Assembly: GCA_951406725.2 (NCBI GenBank)
Contig: OX597816.1
Coordinates: 74,648,001-74,712,000, forward strand
Length of the DNA: 64,000 nucleotides
From: Octopus vulgaris
Lineage: Eukaryota
Direction of reading: 5' to 3'
How positions within the stretch are numbered: position 1 is the stretch's first letter; each line of letters opens with the position of its first letter. Below the pieces are notes generated by a model that worked only from the letters and a program-made list of their open reading frames with translations, had not been told where the DNA came from and searched no databases. Below, piece by piece: positions 25,949 through 39,398 of this stretch. A program made the position numbers and the translations under genes.

Positions 25949-25972
25949 TAGTTATTTCGTTGTTCACCACCT

Positions 25973-26100
25973 GAAAGTAAACATCGCTCCCTGACGAGAT
26001 CCGGACTTAATGTGGGATATTTTACGTCCAACATTGGTTGAATGCTGATGACGGAAACCTAATGGCTGGATTGAAACATATGTAGGATTATGTTTATTTC
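25973..26100 (+). ncRNA. Type-I hammerhead ribozyme motif with extended helix II
   Basis: CTGACGA 25991-25997; helix II gatccgg/ctggatt; GAAA-C-ATAT-GT-A; helix I tcc/gga plus gaaa(g)taaacat/atgtttatttc. Confidence 0.75.
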
Positions 26101-26401
26101 TTTTGTTGATTCGCTTCCTTTACATCCTGAATCTTATATGTATTACTTTTGCCATCGTAATTCAAATAAAATTAACCAAGTATCCACAATATTTCTTCTC
26201 TACTTTGCCTTTCATCCTTTCGGGAGGCGATAAATTAAGTATCAGTGAAATTCTGGGGACGATGTAATCAACTAGTCCCCTCCCCCAAAACTTAAGGCCT
26301 TGTGCCTATAATAGAAAGGATATACTTACACAAATGCTTTTATGTATTCAAGTGTAAGTCTTTGCATGTGTGTCAGTTTTAGATCATCTAATCACTGATA
26401 T

Positions 26402-26461
<60 letters not shown>

Positions 26462-26540
26462 AATAGTAGAGAATATAAAATTCCAAACTTACAGGGAAAA
26501 ATTCAATTTAGCAATACTAAATCAAATTTCACAATATATA

Positions 26541-26824
26541 ATATATGTATATGATTAAGAAAAAAACCCTTAAGTAATTCATTTGATAGGGAAAGATATT
26601 ATCTAAATTAAATCATATAGAAAGAATTTAAATATATTATGATAAATATTATTCTAAAAATCACTAAATTAAATAAACATTTAATTTAGTAATTTAGTGA
26701 TTTTTAGAATAAGATTTTTTATAATATATTTTAATTCTTTCTATATGATTTAATTTAGATAATATCTTTCCCGATCAAATGAATTACTTAATAGAGGTTT
26801 TTTCTCTTAATTCTATACATATAT
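26541..26824. repeat. AT-rich fold-back palindrome near (TA)n
   Basis: ~135-bp arms, e.g. gggaaagatattatctaaattaaatcatatagaaagaatt / aattctttctatatgatttaatttagataatatctttccc. Confidence 0.85.
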
Positions 26825-26899
26825 AATTTATGTGTATAATCCTCGTATTGATTTATATATATAATTCATATTCATTTTTATAAATAAATGACACTCTTT

Positions 26900-27180
26900 C
26901 AGTTACGACGACGGATATTCCAGCCATGAAATTAACGTGTAAGTGGCTGAGCACTTCACAAATAGGCGTCCCCTTAACGTAGCTATAAGAGAGATTCAGC
27001 GTGACACAGAATGTGACAAGGCTGGCCCTTTGAATTACTGTTACAACTCGTTTTTGTCAGCTTTGTGGGCTGGAGCAATGTGGAATAAAGTGTCTTGCTC
27101 AAGGACACAAAGTAACACCAGGAATTGAACCCACGATCGTAAGATCGCGAGACGAATAGCCTAACTACTAAGGCATGCGC
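26900..27180 (-). mobile_element. SINE (C/D-related tRNA head)
   Basis: Head gcgcatgccttagtagttagg and B box ggttcaattcc on minus strand; cttgagcaagacact core. Confidence 0.65.
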
Positions 27181-27558
27181 TTTTACAATATGTGTATGTG
27201 TGTATAAGTATATGTATATATATATAAGACCATATATTCGCATACACACAGCTACACACATACGCACAAATATAATACGAACATACATATATATGTACGT
27301 ACGATTCATATATATGCATGTGTGTGTAATTTTATGTATGTGTACGTGAATACAATCGTGTGCGTTACTTAACTTACGTAAATACATCTATGTATGTATG
27401 TATGTATGTATGTATGTATGTATGTATGTATGTATGTATGTATGTATGTATGTATGTATGTATGTATATATGTATGTATGTATGTATGTGTGTGTATGTA
27501 TGTATATATACATACATACATACATACATGTGTATGCATGTATGAATATATATATATA

Positions 27559-28380
27559 CACCGGGTGCAATGGGTAAATTGTTGCCATTTTATATTTTTA
27601 ATTTCGAGTATGCGCATTGATTGATTTGATTTCATCGACTACACAGTATAGTAGGATCAGCAGGGCACTGTCTGTGAGAAAAACAGTACTATGACACAAT
27701 TTACTCTGCTAGAAATTTGGAAACGACATACTATACTGCTTAGCATTCGTACCGGAAGCTCCAATACAAACATTGTTTGGGTGTCAATCTGAGGACAGTA
27801 CAATCAGAGGACATATACCGAGAGTGATAAAAAATCAAACATCCAGTCAACATCATGGTGTTTGAAGTGATCACTAGTGATGGTGATGTTATGTCTCCAT
27901 TCATTTACCCATACGTCCTCAGACTCAACACGGAGGCCTACATCAGGTGCCTGGAGGAGATAGTGCTGCCTTGAGTCAAGAGGGAGGCTGCCGGAAGACC
28001 CTATGTATGGCAACAGGACTCTGCACCAAGCCACACAAGCAGAATAACCAAATCATGGCTGTCAGACAATTTCTGCGACCACACCACCCCAAACAGCTTG
28101 CCACCTAACTCCCCAGACTGCAACCCCCTTGATTATTATGTGTGGGGTGCAGTTGAGTGAGAGACCAACAAAACTCCTTATAACACCAAACATGAACTGA
28201 AGGCAACGATTATGGCAGCATCCACCAACTTAAAAATGGAGACCGAGTTGCAAGTGATCCCGAAGACGTCTGGAGACTGTCGTTGAAGTCAATGGCGATT
28301 ATATTGAATAAATTTACTCTTAAATATTTCAAGATATTTTTTGCGTAATTTTGGTAAATATATCTGTTAAAATGAGATGT
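27559..28380 (+). mobile_element. Tc1/mariner DD37D (maT-like) transposon remnant
   Basis: YVWQQDSAPSHTSRITKSWLSDNF..PPNSPDCNPLDYYVWG with 37 residues between the Ds; in-frame stops. Confidence 0.85.
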
Positions 28381-28436
28381 CAATATTATATGTAGGTGTA
28401 TATATATATATATGTATATATATGTATATATATATG

Positions 28437-28524
<88 letters not shown>

Positions 28525-28568
28525 AGTCAGTAAATTGTAGGATTGTGTTAACCGCACCTGGAGAAATG

Positions 28569-28695
28569 ATAGGAATGGAAAAAATAATAATAATAAGGCA
28601 GAATGCTAAACTGAAAGCAAATTTTAATATACATAGGTGTAATTAAAATTTGCTTTCAATTTAGCATTCTGCCTTATTAATATATTTTTTCCTTT

Positions 28696-28700
<5 letters not shown>
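28569..28700. repeat. Fold-back palindrome between (TA)n arrays
   Basis: taataaggcagaatgctaaactgaaagcaaattttaat / attaaaatttgctttcaatttagcattctgccttatta. Confidence 0.85.
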
Positions 28701-28759
<59 letters not shown>

Positions 28760-28928
28760 GAGAAAATTTTTTCTTAAATTGAACATAAAATTCTTAATAA
28801 AAAAAGAATGACTGAAATTCTTCCAATTATTCGCGTCAAATTTTTGGGCTCTCTTTTTCAAACTCCTTTTATCCTTTTAAATAAACGTTATGTATTGTCA
28901 CTGTCTCAAGAACTCTTACTAAAAGCTC

Positions 28929-29087
<159 letters not shown>

Positions 29088-29145
29088 TCCTGAAGATTTC
29101 TCTTGAATGAAACAGTTCTAGTCCTGTAGAAGCTCCTTCTATATA

Positions 29146-29194
<49 letters not shown>

Positions 29195-29569
29195 CATATA
29201 TACACACACACACACACATATATATATATACATATATATATATATATCGATATACTTATACATAGTTTATAACGGGTATATGTGTATGTATGTATGTATG
29301 TATGTATGCATGCATGCAAGTATGTATGTATATATATGTATGTATGTACTTATGTATGTATGTATGTACTTATATATATGTATATATGCAAGTATGCATA
29401 TGTCTGTGTATGTGTGTGCACATCCAAACACACACACACAACATCACACACACACACACACACACACACCCTACGCGTACTGTAAAATTGAAAATTTTGT
29501 ACAACGGCAAGGTGAAAACGTGTGAAAGAGAAGGAGAGCTTCTAATGCGATGAGAAGAGCAGACGTACC

Positions 29570-29859
29570 AAAGTGACAAGAGATAAGAATGGAATAGAAT
29601 ATTGGGAGAGGAGGGGAGGGAACGGGGAAGGTATCAGAAATAGAGAGTGAAGCCTGATTTTGAAGAAGAAGAAAGAAAGGAAAAGGGGGAAAATTAAGAA
29701 ACAAAGAAACAAAGAAACAAAGAAACAAAGAAAGGGGAAACGGAAAGAGGAAACAAGAAAGGGAGAGAGGAAAAACGAAAAAGAAGAACGCAAGAAACAA
29801 GTGAGAGAAAGGTAGAGAGGAAAATAAAACAAAAAAATGAAGGCGTGAGAGGGAGATAC

Positions 29860-29957
<98 letters not shown>

Positions 29958-30390
29958 AAGAATAAAGACATGAGAGGGGGAGAAAGAAAGATATAAGCAA
30001 AGAGTGGGAAAGAGAAGGGAAATACTCGCATTAAGAATATTGGTAAGAAAGAGAGAGAGGGGCTGATATAAAGAGAGTTAATTATTAAAAGAGAGAGAGT
30101 GATAGAGAGAGAGAGAAAGAGACAGAGAGATAGACTGACAGACAGACATATCGACAGACAGAATCACAGGTAGATTGAGAAAGTGTGATACTTAGAGAGA
30201 GAGAGAGAAAGACCGATTGATTGATTGGTTGATTGAGTGATTGATCGATTGATTGATTGATTAATTGATTGATTTGATACGATAAGAGGCAGAGAGACAG
30301 AGAAAGAGAGAGAGACAGAGAACCAGAGAAACAGAGAGAGAGAGACAGACAGGCAGACAGAGAGTGTAAGAAAGAGAGAGAGAGAGAGAA
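29570..30390. repeat. Purine-rich compound microsatellite tract (GAAA, GATA, GA, GATT, AAACAAAG)
   Basis: Direct. Confidence 0.9.
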
Positions 30391-31014
30391 ATGTTGATAT
30401 CTACCCGAGCGCGCTGCTCCTAATTCACAATGGTTCTGTAATATCAGTAACAGTAGTAGTAGTAATAGCAATAGTAACCGGGGTTGCCGTGGTAAGCACG
30501 GAAAGTTGGTGTAAAAATCCATGTTTACTTGGAGGCGATACGGGCCTAAGTGAGGCGGATATAAAAAAAAATAAATAACACGACGGCAAACCCACAACCG
30601 CTCACATCACATAACCAACAGCAATAGCATCAGCATCAGCATCCACATCAGCACTCTTCCACGCTGCACTGCTCCTACGCAGCCACACTGAACAAACCCA
30701 AGTATTTAATAATATGCTCTGTATCTAGCCATCCATCCAACCGTCCATCTACCCATCCTCCTCTCTACACATCCACCCCAGTATCTTTTAACACAAGCAG
30801 CACCTGTTCAGCATCATATTTAAGGAGAAGCGTTTACTCTCTGTGTATACAGTTTAAAAGATTTTTATTTCCCGTGGTTTGTTTGTTTGTTTGTTAATTG
30901 GCGCGGCAGTGGGGGTGGGGGTGGGGTGGAATTTTCGTTTCATTTAATGAAGAAGAAAAAGTTGAAATTTTAAATACATTTTCTTTTCTGTTTTTTTTGT
31001 TTTTTTGTTTTTGC

Positions 31015-32052
31015 TAGCTTTTGTCATTGGACTGCTGTCATGCTGGAGCACCGCTTTGTAAGGTTTTTAGTCGAACAAATCGGCCTCAATATTTAAAGTT
31101 TTTGGGAGTTTCTTTCATTCTTTTTTTTTCTTTTTTTTTTTTTGTAAAGTTTAGTAATTATTCTAACGATCTCTTTTACTGAACTGCTAATTTACAAAAA
31201 CGCAAACAAACCAACACCGGTTGTCAAGCGATAGTGGAAGCATAGACACAAACCTAAAGACACACACACACACACTCACACACGCACACGCACACGCACA
31301 CGTATATTCTTTTATTTTTTTACTTGTTTCAGTCATTTGACTGCAGCCATACTGGAGTACCGCCTTGAAGGATTTTAGTTGAACAAATCGACTCCAGAGT
31401 TCATTTTTTTAAGGCTACTGTTTATTCTATCGGTCTCTTTGGTTAACAGTTAAGTTACGGGGGCGTAAAAACACTAACACCGGTTGTCCGCGGGATGGTG
31501 GGATAGATACAGGCACAAAGACACACACACATACATACACATACATACACATAAATACATAAAGACAGACAGACAGACAGACAGACATATACGACAAGCT
31601 TCTTTCAGTTTCCGTCTACTAAACCCACAGACAAGGCTTTGGTTGGCCTGGGTTTATAGTAGAAGACACTTGCTCAAGGTACCACGCAGTGGGACTGAAC
31701 CCAGAACCATGTGGCTGGGAAGCAAACTTCTTACCACACAGCTACGCCTATGACGGGCTTCCACTCAGTTTCCGCCTACCAAATCCACTCGCAAGACATT
31801 GGTCTGCCCGGGTCTGTAGTAGAAGACACTTGCCCAAAGTGCTGCGCAGTGGGCTTGAACTCGAAACCACGGTCTTCTTAACCACACAGCTAAAACTGTG
31901 TCCATAAATCTTTTACTTTTTACTTGTTACAATCATTGGGCAGCGGACATACTGGGGCATCACCCCTGAAGGGTTTTAGCCGAACAAATCGGCCCCAGTA
32001 TTCTACTCTTTTTTAATTATTATTCTATCGGAGTCTATTGTCGCACCGCTAT
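31015..32052 (-). mobile_element. Cluster of about four SINE family A copies/fragments
   Basis: Repeated cagtcatt..ctggagcaccgcc and cagtttccg.ctac..gtgggactgaac blocks. Confidence 0.8.
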
Positions 32053-32689
32053 GTGTTAAATTAATTTCAAAAAATATATATTTATTCCGAAAATAATTCC
32101 CCCGCAATAATAATTGCTTTTATTGCTGTAACTGAAAATTTATTCTCTATAATGGCAAAAGTGAAAAGCGTCGAGTTGGCAGAATCGTTAGCGAGGGAGG
32201 GGATAAGTCGATTACCTCGACTCCTGTCCTCAACTGATACTTATTTTATCGACCGCAAATGGATGAAAGGCAAAGTCGACCTCGGCGGCATTTGAACTCA
32301 AAGTGTAAAGACGAACGAAAGCATTTTGTTCCGCGATCTAACGATTCTGCCAGCTCAAAAACCAGGTAGCCACTCCTACGCCTATAGAATTATTATTTCA
32401 TATAATACTAAGTATGTTGCATGTTTCCATACTAGTTTTTCACGTTTTTTTATGGTTAGATTATAAAAGTAACGTCCCGAAATCCTTTTCATGTCTCCAG
32501 TCATATCATTCAGTCACAACATCTAAATTCAGTTACAATAGTATTTGCGTGTTGTTCGCGTACTTTGCACTAAGTCGCAAATTGCTATGGGAAAACAGTT
32601 ATAACTGATGAAATCAACACCGAATTTAAATTATTCAATAATTAACATTGTATATTCCGCTATATATTTTTAACACTAACGTAAAAGCG

Positions 32690-33090
32690 GTTTTTTTGTA
32701 TGGGGCTGAGTCAAATAAGCAAATACAATCATTCATCAACAGATGCTTGCGTAGGATAATTAAAATTAGATGGCCCGAAAATAAGCAATATGGAGCTATG
32801 GCAAAGAACAAATCAAGTTTCGATTAAGGAGCAAATATTTAAGAAAAAGTGGAAGTGGATTGGTAGCACAATTAGAAAAAAAACACCAAATGTAGCGAAA
32901 AGTGCTTTACAGTGGAAACCGGATGGATATAGAAGAAGAGGTAGGCCTAAGAACTTGTGGCGGAGATCAACACAAAAGGAACTAGAGAAAGGGAGACATT
33001 CATGGCAGAGTATAAGTACAGAAGCCAAAAATTATGCGACATGGAATTCAACTATAAGTGGCCCATACTCCATGTTGGAGGGTTAAAGGT
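32690..33090 (+). mobile_element. RTE-clade LINE 3' fragment
   Basis: NRCLRRIIKIRWP..ELWQRTNQ..KWKWIG..ALQWKPDGYRRRGRPKNLWRR. Confidence 0.85.
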
Positions 33091-34490
33091 ATAAAGAAAG
33101 AACTCTGTATATTTCATGATTTATTTTACGTATACTTTATCGAGCATAATCCATGGTAAATCTTTTCGATCTATGGATTTACAACGAGGAACAATATAGA
33201 GCACCAGATAAAACTGAATAGAAAAACATTTGTTGACAACACGACAATAGTTTTCTCCCTTTATTTATTGTTATTTTATATATTTATTCATATTTTATGT
33301 AATTTTGTGTATCAGATATTACATTCCCAAATGTATTATTCCTTCCTTTAGGTGGTAAGCTGTATCGTGAAACAGTTTTGACTGTTATTCCTAACAGGAT
33401 GAACGACCACCGAAAGGCTCTTTTAGTTGTTGTTAACCCTAAGTTATCAATAATGGAGTAGTGTTATGATCAATGAATTCTCATTCGTAACCAACCTGTC
33501 CCTTTCCCGGCATTGTACAGAAAGGTACATTCAATGAACTGCTCTTTATAAGATGTTTGGGCGCACAAACACACTCCCTCTGTCTCTCTCTCTCTCTCTC
33601 TTACACACATTGCTTCATAGATAGACAGATAGGCAGACAGACAACAAGATATTTATTACTCAATACATACATACATGTTTGTATATGTATGTGTATGAGT
33701 GAGAGTTGAATACGAGTGTGTGAGTGTGTGTGTGAGAGACATAGTAGATTCCTGATTAATACACGAATTAAAAAGGAACGTCGTCAGGAGGGTCGAGTTG
33801 CTCGAACAGAATTTAGACATGATTAAAGCCATCACCGAGCAGCTCAAGATGGCGGAGTTTACTCACAGATGTGTGGTACACGAAGGTATCATGTACAAGC
33901 CTCATGTGCTGAACAGAGAGAGAGAGAGTGTGAGAGAGTAATTAATGTCCAACAAGATCAGGGAGAAGCGTGTGACCGCATGATCTCCAATCTCTCTTGA
34001 TCTGAAGGGTAAACTAGACGGTGACACCAGAGTGCCAAGGACTCGATGAGAACTGCAGTTGTGGGCGTGGTAGGCGTGGTTCGTTGTATCGGTAAGGCCA
34101 CCTGATTCTTATCAAAGCCGTCAATGGAACTAAATTTGAATGAGTTGAATGGCATGTTACTTTCAATTATCTTGTTAATGTGCAGACTGTTTTTCTGCGA
34201 ATATTATTTCTTTCTCCCGTTTGATGTCTTTGTTTTCTGCGTATTTTGTTTTCATTTCAGTTTTCTGGTCATACGTATACACACACAGACACACACGTGT
34301 GCGCATTTGTATGTATATATGTGTGTGTATGTATATATATATATATGTGTGTGTGTATATATATACATATATACATACATATATATATATATAAACCCAT
34401 ACATATCTTGCATCTATCTTCTTTCCTCCACCTCACTCTCCATTTTGTATCACATCTAAACTAACTATGACTTAACTATCCTCTATCACC

Positions 34491-34542
34491 GTCTCCGATG
34501 AAGGGATATAATTAATAAATATCCTAGAAACAGCTGTAAGAC
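34491..34542 (+). ncRNA. Minimal type-I hammerhead motif (CCGATGA core)
   Basis: Helix I gtct/agac; helix II gggatat/atatcct; GAAA-C-AGCT-GT-A. Confidence 0.7.
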
Positions 34543-34668
34543 CTTCTATCTATAAATGCTCTAATATCTACACAGCCTTGGTTTTTTATCTTATTACGCA
34601 AAACATATATATATATATAGTATGTATGTTTAATCAAATGAATGATAACTTACGATGGATAATTGTCA

Positions 34669-34756
34669 GCTCATTACAGCTGTTTCTTACTATCATTTCT
34701 GATACAAGAATGAGAACATTACTCCATTACAAAAACACGTAATCATCAGATGTAAC
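34669..34756 (-). ncRNA. Type-I hammerhead motif (canonical CTGATGA core)
   Basis: Minus strand: cat-CTGATGA-ttac...gtaa-GAAA-C-AGCT-GT-A-atg. Confidence 0.65.
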
Positions 34757-35723
34757 GTAATTTTACAAACAGGAGAACATCCCAAGAGTACACCAGGGAT
34801 GAGGCTGAAGACTATCGAGACAAACTATGAAATGGGAGAATGACCAACAAAGTTAAGCGTTGAGGTTAAGAATATAGTTCTTGAAAGTGTAGGGGCCGAA
34901 ACCGAGCGTGGTTCCTCCAGATGATGTCTTTAGCCACTGGATCGTATAAACGAGCTGTTTAGGTAGCGAACCACGAACCGTGGTTGTAATTTCTCTGAGG
35001 TCAGAGACCCGGATGAGATAGAAGTCTGCTAGACTGGGTCTCAGACAGACTGGAGTGGGATGTAGGTGATATTTTTTATAGTAGGCTTAGAGCAGTGGGA
35101 AGAAAGGAGAGGTCTTAATATAAATTAAGGATAAAGAAAGAAAGAATAAATAAAGCAAAAGTAAGGGTGAAGAAAAATAAAAGCATACAAGCCAATTAGG
35201 CTACTGCTGATTAAACAATCAAAACCAAGAACTCTCATCCCTCATATTAAATATTTTTCTTCAGATCTGCTATTACCTCCATACGGAGCCTTCACAAAAG
35301 TAAAAGAGAGAGACACAGAGAAAAGGAAAATGTCCTATGTATTTGAAAACTATGGAAATATTATTAAAAAACATTCCACTATTTAATTGTTTTTCATGCT
35401 TTACTCTAAGTTGAAAAGTTTGCAGACTGAAACCGGCACTAAAATTATGAGCATAATAAAATCCTTTTAGCATTTTCTACCTTGTCCTATTTTCCTTATA
35501 TATACATATATATATGTGGGGGGGATTGAACCCAGAACCATGTGGTTCGCAAGCAACCTACTTACACACAGCCACTCCTACGCCTATAGACACAGACACT
35601 CCTGCGCCTATGTGTGTGTGTATATAGTTAATCCAAACAAAAAAGCACAAAAAACACAACAACGCGAGGACGTGGAACAAATATAGTATTATTGGACGCT
35701 CAGGAAAGAAAGAAAGAAGGAGG

Positions 35724-35758
35724 ATTTAACGTTTCGAGCGGAGCTCTTCGTCGGAAAC
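35724..35758 (-). ncRNA. Minimal Penelope-type hammerhead motif (CCGACGA core) within pLTR-like insert 35620-35828
   Basis: Minus strand: gttt-CCGACGA-A-gagc tcc gctc-GAAACGTT-aaat. Confidence 0.7.
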
Positions 35759-35876
35759 ATAGGAGAAGGAAAGATCCAGAGAAGGGAAGACAGAGGAAAA
35801 AAAATCGCCAACGGTACACACGAGGTCATACATACATATAATACACATATATGCAGTCCATATTTATGCGTGTCTG

Positions 35877-35907
<31 letters not shown>

Positions 35908-36442
35908 GTTTGTATTATGTATGTATAAATGTATGCACCTATGTATGTATGTATGTATGTATAAACACACATGTGTAATGTATTTTGTCTCGTGAAATAA
36001 AAAAAATTAAATATGGGTGTGAGAGACGCAGAGTGATCGACAGATATACAGAGTGTGCGTGTGTATGGGAATGTGTACGTGTGTTTGGGTGTGTGTATTT
36101 GCTGCATGTGTTTGGTATGTATGTGTGTGTGTTCGTGCGCACGCGCGTGTGTATATGCAAAACTAAATATGTATACGGAATTATGTCCATATGTTTATAA
36201 TAAACATATAACCATGCTGTGGAAGTAAGCGCCGTGATTAATCCGCAACGGTTTCATGCCTTTCTCGAAATTCTTAACACTTCAATATATTATGTATCGA
36301 CTTCGCCCCTCTCCCAGCCATTATGTATCTATATTTGTGCTTTCTTACACCCCCTCTACACACTTTTTTTTTATAAAACATTGTCATATGTAACTGCTTT
36401 TCTCGTCACTGAATTCAAGAATTATCTTTATTCTCCACCTTG

Positions 36443-36660
36443 GAGGCGGCATGCTGGCTGAAACGTTAGCATGCCGGGCAAAATACCTAGCAATATTCTG
36501 TCCGCCCTTACGTTCTGAGTTCAAATTCCGCCGAAGTCGACTTTGCCTTCATCCTCTCAGAATCGGTAAAGAAAAAATCCAGTCAAGTATTGGGGTCAGT
36601 GCAATCGACTTACTCCCTCCTCACGAAGTTGCTGGCTTCGTGCCAAAATTTGAAACAATT
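36443..36660 (+). mobile_element. SINE family B
   Basis: acgttctgagttcaaattccgccgaagtcgactttgcc. Confidence 0.8.
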
Positions 36661-36699
36661 ATTATTCTCCACCACCTCACGTGATACATCATAGCAAGT

Positions 36700-36810
36700 T
36701 TGGGTAAAGAACGTAACATGGATAGGGCTTAATTAATTTGAATCAGCCGAAAGCATTTGATAGGGTCGACCATCAATATTTGGCGGCTGGTTTCGGCTGC
36801 TCTTCAGAGG
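36700..36810 (+). mobile_element. L1/Tx1-like reverse transcriptase fragment
   Basis: ALINLNQPKAFDRVDHQYL. Confidence 0.7.
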
Positions 36811-36869
36811 TTAAGTATCTGTAATGTACTGTGACATCACTGAAGCAAAATCGAAAAAAAATGTCCCAT

Positions 36870-37070
36870 GATTTTTTTTAAAGGACGATCACATGTGATC
36901 CCAAATGGATTATTTACAATAATGTGGATCGAAAAAGGCCCTGGGAAAACGAAACGAACCACCTTCAATCACTCCCAAAAACCGGTCAGTACCCGAAGAA
37001 AGTGATGCTCTGTACCTGACCGGATTGGAAGGACACTGTACATTACGAGCTCCTTCCACAAAAACAGGCA
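36870..37070 (+). mobile_element. Mariner transposase fragment
   Basis: TCDPKWIIYNNVDRKRPW..PKKVMLC..DWK..HYELLP. Confidence 0.75.
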
Positions 37071-37329
37071 CGTGAGCAATTCTAGAGGGCGCCGTTAGTC
37101 AATTTCTTCGGTCGACTCCCACTCTAGTACATATTTTCAACAACCCCAGTGTCATTGAACTCAGTGCGTAAACAGTCAGAAGAAATGCTGCTAAGTATCC
37201 TGCCAGTTCGTAGATTAAGGATGAAAGGCAAAGTCGACCACGGCGGAATTTGAACCCAGAACGAGCGAACAAACGAAATGCTGTTAAGCATTTTGCCCGG
37301 CGTGCTAATAATTCTGGCAGCTCACCGCC

Positions 37330-37393
<64 letters not shown>

Positions 37394-38474
37394 TGATGAT
37401 GATGATGATGATGATAACAATAACATCAACAACAACAAGAGCACTCAGAGAGCGCAAATCTCCGCCAAGGCATTACCAACGACCTCTCAACGATTAGCCG
37501 GAGATGATTTTTAAAATGAGAATATCTGAAATAAACTCGACTGCTCTCAACAAACGAAAATACTAAAATTGAATCCGACCGCTCCCAAAAATTAAGTAAA
37601 AAACTGGAAAAATAATCCAGAATCCTTGTCCGGTACCTGATCGATCCCAATGGCAATCATGGAATGTGAAGGTGGGTGTGCGGGCCGTGTTTGTAATGCT
37701 GTGTGTATGTTGTCTGCAGTGGGAACAGGGAGAGTTATCTCTATGAAGGCCTTTTTTAGTCTATCCACTAATATAGTGTCTTTACGACCATACTGAAAAA
37801 TTTATACGTGCGTGAAAGAAAGCGGGAAGGACATGCATACTGTGCTGTTAACGGAGGTTTAACAACATCGTTGCGCACAAAAACGTGAGTCCAAGAAGTA
37901 AAGCTTCCTTCAAGGCAGAGCTAGAAATGCAATTTTCAAGTAGATAAGAGGTTTTAAATAGGAGTGATATATTCAAAATTGGTAAAACTAAAAATGGTCG
38001 AGGATAAATTAAATTTATTATTGTTACTGAATATGTTAGTGTTATTTAATTTCTCAACGGCTTTGCTACCACTTGTTTATGTAGTTTGATTTCTTTATTC
38101 ATCAGTTTCTACTAAGATAGAGACGCGAGTAAAATTAAGAATAAAGAAACGAAAATAAAACTTTGGAAACAGCAACGGCACCATAACTTACGTGGAAACC
38201 ATGAGCGTGCTTTCAAGGGCGAAATCAGAGAAAGACTTGAAAGTGAACGTAAGATCGTAATACATCATATAAAGTAAAGTAAATATAACAAATAATCCAG
38301 AATCCTTGTCCAGTAACGAACCGATCCCCAAATCTAATCAGTTCGTGCCAGTCACGAGTTTAAACATGCCACAAAGTTTCATTGGAATCCATCCAACAGT
38401 TCTTAAGATATCTTGTCCACGGACAAATAAACAGACACGGCTGAAAACAATATCTCCGCCTTCGCTAAGGCCGA

Positions 38475-38546
<72 letters not shown>

Positions 38547-38547
38547 T

Positions 38548-38760
38548 AGGCATGATAAAAAAATATTCAGACAAATACATAACAAAAACACCAGGACTTA
38601 CAAACACATATAACATACAGAAAATTGCACTACTAGGCACTGCACACATCCTACGCAGAACACCTTCAATACAGTAACTATCACAGCACATACCCAAGGC
38701 ACACAGAGCTGCGCTCGGTAGTGAAGTGAAAGCACGTTATAAAAATAAAACTACTGAATG
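38548..38760 (+). mobile_element. R4/Dong-like 3' end and 3' UTR between (TAA)n arrays
   Basis: IQKIALLGTAHILRR followed by stop, UTR and (TAA)n. Confidence 0.8.
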
Positions 38761-38772
38761 ATGATGATGATG

Positions 38773-38844
<72 letters not shown>

Positions 38845-38847
<3 letters not shown>

Positions 38848-39362
38848 CAAACAGTCCAGACATCATATTGAAAGACTTCAGACAAAGAACATGCCTCCTC
38901 ATTGAGATGACTGTCCCAATCGATATAAACGTATCTGTCAAGACCTACCAAAAACTGAGCAAATATAAAGATCTTGAAATAGAAATCAGCAAAATGTGGA
39001 ACCTGAAGACTAAAACAATACCTGTTGTCATAGGTGCCCTGGGAATGATAGCGAAAGGGGCTGATTGCTACCTAACTCAGATACCAGGAAACCCCAAAAT
39101 GGCAGAAATTCAAAAGATTGTGCTCATGGGAACTGCTCATATCCTACGCAAAATACTCTCTATGTAATCTCAAGATTTAAAACAAACTCTTTTTTTTTAA
39201 ATTTATTTATTAGACATTCATTAGTACAACACCAAAAAAAAACCCCAAATATATGGCACACTAGGCATAACAACAACGTGAACTTCCAACCTGTTGTCTC
39301 TTGAGGTCTCTGGGTGAGACTTGGAGCCAACTTGTACAAACATAAAGCAAAAGTCAAACATA
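38845..39362 (+). mobile_element. R4/Dong-like RLE domain and 3' UTR between (TAA)n arrays
   Basis: NSPDIILKD..CLLIEMTVP..KLSKYKDL..VVIGALG..LMGTAHILRK (ORF 38868-39167). Confidence 0.85.
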
Positions 39363-39398
<36 letters not shown>

